From Paraspadella gotoi (Eukaryota; Animalia; Chaetognatha): a stretch of DNA of 64,000 nucleotides. The notes beneath the pieces are model-generated. The model was given only the letters and a program-made list of their open reading frames with translations, ran no database searches and was not told the DNA's origin. The position numbers were made by a program, and so were the translations under genes. Location of the stretch: contig CM119268.1 of the NCBI GenBank assembly GCA_051294375.1, positions 16,435,074 to 16,499,073 of the forward strand, written 5' to 3'. Numbering within the stretch: position 1 is the stretch's first letter; the number at the start of each line of letters is the position of its first letter. This document shows positions 1 through 10,723 of this stretch, piece after piece.

Positions 1-2162
1 AATGTTTGATTGATAAGTGCTACTTTGTTTTTCTTAACCTTTGATGTTGAATACGAAATCGGCGCCGTAAGAGGAATAGTTGAGAAAGATCTCCGTTTGT
101 TGGCCGGCGAATCGAAAGAAACAGAAACTAAAGAGAGAGGAAAAAGTGAACATCGCGAGACTCTGAGAGTTTATTAATAAGTTGATTGATTAATTATTAG
201 TTGATTAATATTAAAATGTTCACTTTAATTGGCAAAAAAATATTAGCTTTTAATCTTAGTTTTTCGATGTATCAATTTCAAGAAGCTAAGGAAAGCAAGA
301 GGATATCAACAAAAGTTAAAGAGAAACGATTCGCGACCACCACCAAACCACCCAACCACCAACCATCACCCCCCAATCTCCCAAACCCACCCTTCACTCA
401 CCCTAGCCTCGTCTTCAACACCAAAACGGCGATGACGAACTGCAGGAGGAATCCGCCGAAGACGGGGCGCCACTTGACGTGACCCGGATGTCGAGAGAAG
501 ACGAAGAAGAGGAAGACGAAGACGAGAAGACCGAATCCCGAGACGAGGGACGAGGGACGACGCCAAACGTCGCGACGACGATCACGAGACGACAGTGGCG
601 ACGACGACGACCAGCGCCGCCGAGATCTCGACGGCGCGGCGAAGAATTCGGAGAGAGGCGGCGCCGGGAAGCAGGGCGATCGGCGGAGGCGGCGGCTGCT
701 GCGGGCGGAGAGGCGCGGTCTGACGAGCCGCTCGTAGATGAGGAGGGCGACGACGACGACGACGGCGACGACGAGAAAATCCGCGCGATGACGACGACGA
801 GACGTTTTGAGGTCGCAGTCTTCGTCGGCCGCGCAGGGGACCTTAGGGTGAGGGATAAATGGGCTTGGTAAGGTGGGTGGGTCGGGGAGAAAAGGGAGTA
901 GGTAAGAAAGGTGGTTAAAGGTTGGACTTAAAAAATCAGTATCCTTATAAACCAATAAATAAATAATTTAATCCATCAATTAATCAATCAATTGAGAATC
1001 TACCTAGATATCTTTTCATTCGTTCATTCATTTACTATTTGATTGATGTAATCATATTACTTACTTAAGTCAATTAATTTTATTTGTTAAGAATAATTTT
1101 TTATCTCATTTTGAACGATTGATCAATTAAGTCACTTATAATTTTATGGATTCTTTTAATGTATTGATATTGATAAAGATGCTACTTTTGTTTTTTCTTA
1201 AACCTTTTGATGTGAATACAGAAACGGAACGCCGTAAGAGATAGTGAGAAAGATCTCCGTTTGTTGGCCGCGAATCGAAAGAAACAAAAACTTAATTATG
1301 AAGAAGGGAAAAAAAGTGAACATCGCCGAGACTCTGAGAGTTTAATTAATAAGTTGATTGATTAATTAATTAGTTGATTAATTATTAAAGTTCACATTTA
1401 ATTTGGCACCACAAAAACATTTAGACTTTTAATCTTAGTTTTACGATGTGTCAATTGCAAAAAGCTAGGAAAGCAAATGAGGAATATCAACCAAACCTCC
1501 CAACCACCAACACATCACCCCCCAATCTCCCAAACCCACCCTTCATCACCCTAGCCATCGTTCTTCAACACCAAAACGTCGCGATGACGAACTGCAGGAG
1601 GAATCCGCCGAGGACGGGGCGCACTTGACGTGACGGATGTCGAGAGAGAGACGAAGAAGAGGAAGACGAAGACGAGAAGACCGAATCCCGAGAGAGGGAG
1701 ACGAGGGACGAGCCAAACGTCCGACGACGATCCGACGAGACGATGGCGACGACGACGACCAGCGCCGCCGAGATCTCGACGGCGCGAGCGAAGAATTCGG
1801 AGAGAGGCGGCGCCGGGAAGCAGGGCGATCGGCGGAGCGGCGGCTGCTGCAGGCGGAGAGGCGCGGTCTGACGAGCCGCTTCGTAGATAGGAGGAGGCGC
1901 GACGACGACGACGGCGACGACGAGAAAAATCCGCACCGATGACGACGCACGAGACGTTTTTTGAGGTCGCAGTCTTCGTCGGCCGGCAGGGGACCTTATG
2001 GTGAGGGATAAAATGGGCTTAGGTAAAGGTGGGTGGGTCGGGGAGAAAAGGGATAGGTAAGAAAGGTGGTATAAAGGTTGGACTTAAAAAATCAGTATCC
2101 TTATAAACAAATAAATAATAATTTAATCCATCAATTAATCAATCAATTGAGAATCTACCTAG
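1..2162. repeat. Tandem duplication, about 1..1010 repeated at about 1165..2162 (second, indel-rich copy of two SLC28 exons)
   Basis: Same sequence seen twice (e.g. gagactctgagagttt, ttgagaatctacctagat), differing mainly by 1-3 bp indels. Confidence 0.9.
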
Positions 2163-3856
2163 ATCGATTAATCAATCCAAATCAATTATTTAAGTCATTA
2201 GAGCTATCATCAATAAATTAAAAAAGAAATCTTGCAATCATTCAATCAATCAACCTCGACGGTTGCCGTCTTGACGACACGCCGCGATGAAGTAGGCGGC
2301 AAAAAGGCAGGAAATCACAACGCTGCCGGCAAATCGAAGACGAGGTCCGTGCCTCGATTTGAAATCGGACGCGTGGTTTTGCAGTGTCTGCACCAGACGC
2401 GTGAGGGACGTTCGAAGGAGAGTCCGGATGCGTGAGAGGGTCTGCGGAGGAGGAGGGGCACAGTGAGTAATTAGTTTGAGATCCTGTAGTCGGCATTGCA
2501 TAAGTTCACCCCGTTTTATAAGCATGACACCTTCGGTCGTGACCCGGTGGAACTCACAGTGANNNNNNNNNNNNNNNNNNNNNNNNNCGATAATCAATCC
2601 AATCAATTATTTAAGTCATTAGAGCTATCAATCAATAAATAAAAAAGAAATCATTGCAATCATTCAATCAATCAACCTCGACGTTGCCGTCTTGACGACA
2701 GCGCCGCGATGAAGTAGGCGGCAAAAAGGCAGGAAATCACAACGCTGCCGGCAAATCGAAGACGAGGTCCGTGCCTCGATTTGAAATCGGACGCGTGGTT
2801 TTGCAGTGTCTGCACCAGACGCGTGAGGGAGTTCGAAGGAGAGTCCGGATGCGTGAGAGGGTCTGCGGAGGAGGAGGGGCACAGTGAGTAATTAGTTTGA
2901 GATCCTGTAGTCGGCATTGCATAAGTTCACCCCGTTTTATAAGCATGACACCTTCGGTCGTGACCCGGTGGCTCAGTGAGTAAAGCATCAGCTCATGACC
3001 ACTCGGTACTTAGTTCAATCCCAACCTGGTACCTGACCTGTGGGAAGCATGAGGACGGCCCTAAACAGCGTTGGAGGCCTGGAAATCTCTCTAGTCTGGT
3101 TCCAACCTCCATGGCTGCTCAGGGGCATAGAAGCCTACTTAGCGCCTTATTCACACTGGTGAGCCTATCCTGTCGAGCGTATTTCCAACCTTCTGATTCG
3201 AGGCCCCTACTCTAGCTGAAGATTGCTTCCCTCCCTCCACTGGAAGCAGTGCAGGGGGGCATGTATTTGGGCATGCATAAGTTCACCCTGCCTAGAAGCA
3301 TGACACCTTCAGGCGTGACTAGGTGGCGAAGTGAGTAAAGCAATCAGCTCATGATCACAATATACCCGGTACCTACCCTGTGGAAAATGTGAGGTCGGTA
3401 GTAAACCGCCTTTTGGGGCTTGAAAACACTCATGCCTGGTTCCAAGCCCAGTATCCGTGCTGAGGGGGCATAAAAGTTACGGATAGTAGTCTTCAGCCAC
3501 TTACCGCCTTATCCACAATCCGAGCAAAAGTTTTCCTGACAAATGTTAGTTTAATTTTGATTAAAAATTTAATTAAACCATCGGATAGCATCTGTCCTTC
3601 ACGTATTATGTTTTACAAAATTTATAACACTTTAAAAATAACTGGACCGGCGCGATCGAATCATACATATCTCTCTCTCTATCTCTCTCATACAATCTCC
3701 CCCTCTGTCATACCAACGAACGTCGCGGATGACGACGTATGACCAGCGTCTCGGCGCCCAGAGTCCGCGGTGCACCGGCATCAAAGTTGCGGCTTCGCTG
3801 TTCGGTTGAAGCGGAATTTTTTCGACGGCGTCGTCGAAAGCGGCGTCGCGTTCCAT
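39..3856 (-). CDS. SLC28: Concentrative nucleoside transporter (SLC28/CNT family), 5' exons; gene continues beyond the left edge of the window
   Basis: Exons with GT/AG ends at 3856-3714 (MERDAAFDD...), 2862-2677 (ISCLFAAYFIAA), 841-402 (GLLVFVFLFFVFSRHPGHVKWRPVFGGFLLQFVIAVLVLKTRLG) and 127-39 (FCFFRFAGQQTEIFLNYSSYGADFVF). The latter two match the CNT N-terminal motif V.WR.V..G..LQF...L.LRT..G...F...G.Q...FL.Y...G..FVF. Indels disrupt frames locally. Confidence 0.85.
2163..2978. repeat. Tandem duplication of about 400 bp across an N-gap (SLC28 exon 2 plus start of TRIM-B)
   Basis: 2163-2561 is nearly identical to 2588-2978; the copies are separated by Ns. Confidence 0.9.
2906..3517 (+). mobile_element. 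TRIM family B: complete miniature LTR retrotransposon with tRNA-derived LTR segment (Helenus-like), in SLC28 intron 1
   Basis: TSD ATCC (2902-2905 and 3518-3521); LTR1 2906-3155 (TGTAG...TTCACA); PBS TGGTGAGCC from 3157; PPT AGGGGGG 3253-3259; LTR2 3262-3517 (TGTAT...TCCACA). A-box-like TGGCTCAGTGAG at about 2969-2980, B-box-like AGTTCAATCCC 3012-3022. Confidence 0.88.
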
Positions 3857-3906
3857 CTTTGGAGTCGCTCGTCTAACTTCAGGTCGGCGCTCGGAAAAGC
3901 AAATTA

Positions 3907-3916
3907 AATAATAATA

Positions 3917-3964
<48 letters not shown>

Positions 3965-3989
3965 TAATAATAATATAATAATAATAATA
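3907..3989. repeat. (AAT)n microsatellite just upstream of the SLC28 start (copy at 13570-13658)
   Basis: Directly visible trinucleotide run. Confidence 0.95.
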
Positions 3990-4996
3990 GTCGCCTTGCT
4001 TTTCGGAACTTCTGATGCGGTGCGAGATCTGATACCAGTTATTTTTTAAAACAAAAATTTAAATCTTGGAAAAAAAAGTAAACCAACGTCGAAACACTTT
4101 CTTACCTTCTAATCAAGAAAGGTAGTGCATCATATAATAATAATTATGTTTTTATTATATCAAGGAGTATCATAAGAAAATCTCATGCAATATCAGTTTT
4201 CAAAAAATGTTCTTTAGGGTTTCCCTTTTTCGGACGCACTTTGTCGATGCAATTCCTTATTTTTATTGTAATATTAGTCATCAACTGGATTAAATTAAAA
4301 TTTGTTCTATAACGTTTTACTGTATCTGAGTATTTAAAAATTAACTAAGATTCCATTTGGAAACATGCGGAAACATGACCATTAGGCCGGAACAGGTTGA
4401 AAACTAGAAGTTCTTTTAAATAGATAATGCTCAAGTGACTGTTAGAGAATATGAAAATGAAAATAATTTTTAAAATTTGTCTTTTGATAAGCGCACGGAA
4501 GCATTTAAAAATTATTTTTTATTACTATATAAATTTTAAATTTTTTAAAGATTTTTTAATTTTTTATTATTATTATTATTATTATTTTTATTATTTTTTT
4601 TATTAATTATTTTATTACTATATAAATTTTAAATTTGTTTTTAATTTTTTTTAATTTTTTAATAGATTCTGATAGAGCTTTAAAAGTTAGTTAAAGGTTA
4701 TTATTACATTTACAACTTTGAAAATTGTTTGTTTTATAGATAAAAATTTAAAAAAACATAAAATTCAGCCAATAATGATGATAAAGATGATTTTTTAAGG
4801 TTTTTTTCTATTTTTAACCATTTTATTATAAAAATTTTTAAAAATATTTAAAAGCTTCAGTGCAACAACTCTCAGAACTAATTCAAAAAGTTGAATTGAA
4901 ATCGATTTTGTAATAAGAGTAGGAAAAAAGAATTCTTTTTGAGAGAACTAGAATTTATAAAAAGGTGGTTCAATTTTGGCCCGCATTAATGACCAT

Positions 4997-5648
4997 TATG
5001 GTGGAATAAAATCCACCAACCGTTCATCAGCGGCCATTGGTGCCGGAGGCAAGTCATTCGCCTCCCAACCCAAAGGTCCGGGGTTCTTGCCCGGTGTCGT
5101 CTGGCAGTTAAGAGGGACGGGGCGCTTAACCCGCCTGTAACATGGTGTTACAGCCTGATCCGAAGCTCAGGGACTGCTTATATTGAACGGTTCTGTCACT
5201 AACACATAACAATAATTACTGTCTCTTCATTGGTGAGCCCGACTTCCGAACACAACAGCAACAACAACACTTTCAGGCGACATGCCTCAACCTGGCGATG
5301 CACTTTCCGCCCACAACACATCAGGCGACATGCCTCAACTTGGTGACGAACTTTCCACCAACAACAATTCACTGAAGAGACGCAACAGACTTCTCCCTAT
5401 GGGAGGGGGGGATGTATGGTGGACTAAAATCCACCAACCGTTCATCAGCGGCCATTGGTGCCGGAGGCAAGTCATTCGCCTCCCAACCCAAAGGTCCGGG
5501 GTTCTTGCCCGTGGTCGTCTGGCAGTTTAAGAGGGACGGGGCGCTTAACCCGCCTGTAAACATGGTGTTACAGCCTGATCCGAAGCTCAGGACTGCTTAT
5601 ATTTAACGGTTCTGTCACTAACACATAACAATAATTACTGTCTCTTCA
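4997..5648 (+). mobile_element. TRIM family A: complete 652-bp miniature LTR retrotransposon with tRNA-derived LTR segment; insertion polymorphic between duplicate copies
   Basis: TSD CCAT (4993-4996 and 5649-5652); near-identical LTRs 4997-5229 and 5415-5648 ending TCTCTTCA; PBS TGGTGAGCCCGAC 5231-5243; PPT GGGAGGGGGGGA 5401-5412; empty site gaccattct at about 14852-14860. Confidence 0.95.
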
Positions 5649-6578
5649 CCATTCTAATTAAATTTGATGATTGAGTTTACAACGCACTTGATTTATTCGG
5701 GAGATCTTCCGCAACCTTCCACTTGATGAGTAAATGTCAAAAATTCAAATGATTTTCGAAAATATTTTTATATATATTTGATAATATCTATTTATGAAGC
5801 AAATTTTGTTTTTAAGGAAAATTTTCAACTGATTGCCCAAGCTTAATTCTCCACCACAGCAAGGATTAAAAGTAAGATTTAGTTGTGTTTTTTTTATTTA
5901 TAATATAAAATATTATAAAGAATCGAGCAAAGATAGGGGAATGGATCGGATCAGTCAAATCATATGGCTATTAGCCAAGGATCAAGCGAAGGATTCGGCG
6001 ATGGAACTAACTTTTGAAATAAAAGGCCTTTAAAAGTCAATCTAAATTGTTATTGAAAAAAAAACAACTTTTTATTGTGCACTATCATTTATGATTTTAC
6101 TGAATCTCTATTCTGATACCTCCTTACTCATAAATTTATAAGAATATCAAAACCTTTTTCATTAAAAGTTAATTCATTAATAAAACTTAGTAATTGAACC
6201 GACGTAAGTATTTTAAACTTACTCGCTTAACTGATTAAATCAGATTTAGTGTTACCGCATTTGAGAGGCAAAAAGAATTAGGTAACCTAAAAAAATATTC
6301 TTTGCGTTTGTTTCATCTTTAGGAACCGTAAAAAAAAAGAAGAAACATTTTTGTACTTTTTGGAAGTATTAAAAAATTACAAAAAGATCCACTCAAATTT
6401 TCAAGAATAACACGTGTTAAGCTTTCTGAATATATAATTATAATTTTTCCGATGACAGTGCGGCGAAAGCGAAGCCTTTCTGTGGATTTTTCTATCGCGA
6501 CGGAAATGAAAACTCTTTCGCGTTCGAAGAGTCGACCAAGTTTACGACACTTTATACTTTTAAAATTTCAACATTACT

Positions 6579-6579
<1 letters not shown>

Positions 6580-6646
<67 letters not shown>

Positions 6647-7520
6647 CAACAAAGAATTCAGTAAGAAGAAAAGACAAAGGAAAACAAAAGAATGTGAAAA
6701 GAAATGAAATTTGAGTGTTAATAATAATAATAATAATAATAATATAAAAATCAATTACATTTTTACAAAGTATAACAATTAATGAGAATAAATTAATTTC
6801 AATTAAACGGATGTAAAATTAATAAATTAACGAAAATAAAAAATAGTGGTGAAAGGAAATTACATTGAAGAAAAAAGTTAAAGAAAGAAGCTCAAATTGG
6901 TTGTTCTTCCTGAACAACCTGAGCCTCACAACAACTCCCCTCTTCCAACTCAATGGACTAGAAGGAGGCCTGACACTAAGCACCCATGGTCAAACAGACC
7001 CTCTTCATTAGTCCCAGCAACTCTGCCTGGTTCTCCTCAGACAGCGCGTCCAAAGACAGCAGGAGCAAGATGGAGAGGAGATTTCTGCTACGCCAGCAAA
7101 ACAAAGCAGAATATAGGGTCTGCCTCCTCAGCAGGGGAGATGAGGACAAGTTGTAGGGAGAAAGATAGGCAGCAGGACATCAGAGTGGCCTTGGGCTTAT
7201 TACCACCGCCACTTTGCCCTCAGCCCCAATGACTTTCCCCATGACCAGCTCATCCGTACCTGACCCTCATTGGGTGCCCGATGACGGCGAGGGGGCCAGC
7301 TCGATTCGTTCAATTGAAATTAATTTATTCTCATTAATTGTTATATATTGTAAAAATGTAATGGATTTTTATATTATTATTATTATTTAACACTCATATT
7401 CAGTTTCGCTTCACATTCTTTTTGTTTTCCTTTGTCTTTTCTACTTACTTATTCCCCCTACTATTCTTTGTTGCAAACTTTCTTTTGTTCTCTCTCTCTC
7501 TCTCTCTCTCTTTTCTTTCT
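6580..7520. mobile_element. Foldback/MITE-like element with about 200-bp imperfect inverted arms ending in (GA)n/(TC)n and a GC-richer core (copy at about 15791-16720)
   Basis: 6643-6810 (aacaaagaat...aagacaaaggaaaacaaaagaatgtgaa...attaatttcaatt) is the reverse complement of about 7305-7480; arms are flanked by AG and CT runs respectively. Confidence 0.7.
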
Positions 7521-7851
7521 TACTTACTCCAGAGCAAAACTGTTTACATTTAATTCACACTGATGAATGTCTGAAACTTATATATTTTCAAATAAAATTG
7601 GTTGTGAAAACAAAGAAAACTGTTCTTATATCAAATACTTTGAGGTCAAAAATACATATAAAAAAAACCCGAAAATTTATCGGTTAGTTCCTTTTTAAAA
7701 TTTAAAAAAAATCGTTTTTTCCATCGGCGAATTTTAAGTGAAACTTTTTCTCCCCAATTCACGATTCTAGAAAAAAAGAAAAAGAAAAAAAGAAAAATTC
7801 CAATATATTTGGCGGATTTTTTTTCATAATTTGTGGCGGTTTTTAAAGTGG

Positions 7852-8096
7852 TGAAATGACAGAGAGGAGAGAAGGTCACCATGCCTCTCTCACTTGGAGA
7901 TGTTTTTCGTCAGTTCCCTTGCTTTCCGGAACTTCGGATCCGGCGGCAGGCTTGCTACCGGTGGATTAACCGGCCCGTCACTGTTCCGACCCAGACTAGA
8001 ACCCGTGACATGGGTTCGAGATGAAGCATAAGCCCAGTGCGCTGAGGGAAGGAACAGTCGTATCCAACGGGTATTATATTATATTACATCCCTACA
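7852..8096 (-). mobile_element. Solo LTR, TRIM family C (related to family A)
   Basis: Minus strand reads TGTAGGG...CTCTGTCATTTCA; flanks GTGG/GTGA (3 of 4 match); shares blocks with the family A LTR (AACCCAAnGGTC.nGGGTTCTAG, GACGGGnCGnTTAAnCCnCCnGTA, GATCCGAAG). Confidence 0.75.
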
Positions 8097-10162
8097 GTGA
8101 AACCAATCCGCAAGACGTATAACTCATTTGGACTTTTTCATTATATACTCGAAACTTTAATGTTTTTTGTTGTTTTTTTTTATTAAATTTAATGTTTCTC
8201 GTGATTACGTTAAATAATCGTGAGTTAAGGAAAAAGAATGATTCATAAAATATCGGCAATTGTCACGCTTTTTAGCCTCAAAAAGTTAATCGATAACCAT
8301 AAACTTTTTCAATGTTTAAAGGTATACGTGTATTTAAATAGTTTTATAATTAAATTTTAATTAAGGGCTTATAATAAATTATAATTAATTTTACTGACCT
8401 ATACATGTTCCGATATAAAGAAACGTAGGAAAACAAAAAAAAAAAAAAGTTTTTCTTGATTGTCGCCGATTGAGCCGATCAACACCTTGATTAGGAGACT
8501 TAAATTATCTTTGAAATCACTTTGATCTATTTGAATCCCCTTTTTTTTTAACTGAAGTAGGGTCATAACCTTTACATTTATTGAATTCGCTTTTTAAAAG
8601 CAAAGGATGGTCTTAGAAATAATCACAAAAAGACATATTGAAACATCAATATCTTACCCGATTTATATAAAATGTTATGTATAAAAAGCATGAAGCAGCA
8701 TTTATTCCGCGGAACCAAGGTGAGTCTATGTCGCTATTAGAAGTTAAGAAATATTTTTTCAATGGTAATTTTCGTTCAAACTACCAAACTTTATAAACGT
8801 CCTTGGGAAAAATTCCGTTAAAAAATAGTATTGCATCTGAAGAGCTTGAATTTTTTTCCTCATCAAATAGACTACTCCTTTATGAAAAAATTTTCCATCT
8901 CTGATTTTATATAGAAATGAAAGGGATTTTTTCCCTTCAAAACAATATAAAAATGATTAAGGTATGTTCTGGTTCCACAAATGACATCAAATTGAGGCTT
9001 AGGGCTGAAAGGCTCGTAATTTTTTTTTTTAACTTTTATTTATTTATTTTTTATGGCAAAAATCTTCAAAAGAAGGGTTGGATTATACAAAGATTTTTAT
9101 TAATATTTTCTATTGTCATGGTCGGACTTATTTGAAACTTAACAATAGCAACATTGACATCATTCTACATTGGCCGGTATAAAAATATATTTAAAAAACC
9201 TTTGGCTTTTTTCGTTTAGAGTTTAGTCCTACTTATACTTCTTGGCGATCGGAAATGACTAATGTAGACTGATATCTGTTTTCATTGACTTCTCACTTCC
9301 TTTCAAGTTAGCAGCGGGCCCTCTAACCTATGAGATATCATTTTCTCTTTTACTGAGCCGTTAAAGGGACAGAAAGGACAGAAGGGACAGCAAGGGCCGG
9401 TTTACTAATGGCTCAACTCAATGAGATAACATAAAGGTTAAAAAGATTAGTCAGGGCGACTGATGATTAATGATAACCGAATGAATTTGAACTTTATACA
9501 AGGAAAATCTCTGGTTTCAGGGGAAAAAGTAAACAAACAATCACGGGGTTTGACTAATGGTCGGGAATTAAAAGTGACACGATTTTTGATGTCGATTACG
9601 TGATCGTTTGAGTGACAATTTAAGGACCGGCCGAAGGATTTTACAACGACTTAACTTCGACTTCATACTTATCTCTGTTGTTCATCTTCATTTACCCGAT
9701 ACTAAATTCGCTTCAAGACCACTGACGTAACAAGATCGAGACTTTAAAATTAAAATAAAACAAAATATACGCACATTCAAGCTAAGATATATAGGCCCAT
9801 GACTGTTTGTAACCTAAAATCATATAGTTAACCCTAAAGGTAGCATTGACCTGGTCCGTGAGTGTCGCCTGGATTAGCCATTACTTCCTCCTGATACTAT
9901 AAAAAAACTAAAAAAATACAAACCCCCCAAAAAATTTGTAAGATTTTTTAAGGATGCGCTATTAAGAAATTTAAAGAATCTTTTTAATGTAAAAATGAAT
10001 ATGTGTTTTACCTACAACACTTTTAGTCAAACGTTAAACAGAAAAAGGATTTTTTTCGTGAAAAAAAATACCCCTTTTGTTTAGCGTACAAGCAACGATA
10101 ATAAGGATCATACAAGTTCGTCAAACGATGAAAATTCGCCAAACTTCATGAAGGATGCCATG

Positions 10163-10223
<61 letters not shown>

Positions 10224-10723
10224 CGAGAGAGAGGGAAGGTGGGAATATCCAAACGACACGAAATACCAAAGGCTCATCCTCGACTAAATGAAAGTAGACC
10301 GTTAGGGTCGTTATCGTCGTCGTCTTCGTCGTCGTCATCGTCGTTGTACCATTTGTTGTTTCAGCACGCTGTTTTTGGGAGAGGCCTCTACCATGGAAAA
10401 TTTAGCGCACAGTCGCCGTTTCGCTAATAAAACGATTAAAATTGATAAAATTAACATAACTTAACTCAACTCACCAAACCCTATTAAAAATATGAGATTA
10501 TTATTCAAATGTCTGAGAAATCTAACCATCGAGATTCAGCGAACGTTCATAAACTCGTCAGGCTTCCTTCAGGTAAATTCAAATAATTTATATTCTAATT
10601 CGAGGCTGCAATTGTGAAACTGTGATATCTTCAATCTTCACCCATTAAAGGCAAGTGGCTATAAAAAAAATTGATATTTTTCGCATTTGTTATCCTCTTT
10701 TACTCTACCTTCTTTCCCATCAG

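Noticed and set aside
1-2978. Exon duplications in SLC28 as mutually exclusive alternative exons
   Set aside because: Introns are duplicated with the same near-identity, differences are frameshifting indels, and one junction is an N-gap, so assembly redundancy is more likely.
2913-3520. Initially read as a head-to-tail SINE dimer or pair of Pol III ncRNA genes
   Set aside because: TG/CA ends, PBS, PPT and the 4-bp TSD explain it as a two-LTR element.
5436-5455. CTGATGA hammerhead core on the minus strand of the TRIM-A LTR (retrozyme hypothesis)
   Set aside because: No stem II followed by GAAA and no stem III/NUH can be built.
6897-7290. 111-140 aa ORF in the foldback core as a transposase fragment
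   Set aside because: No DDE, zinc-finger or RT motif recognisable in any frame examined.
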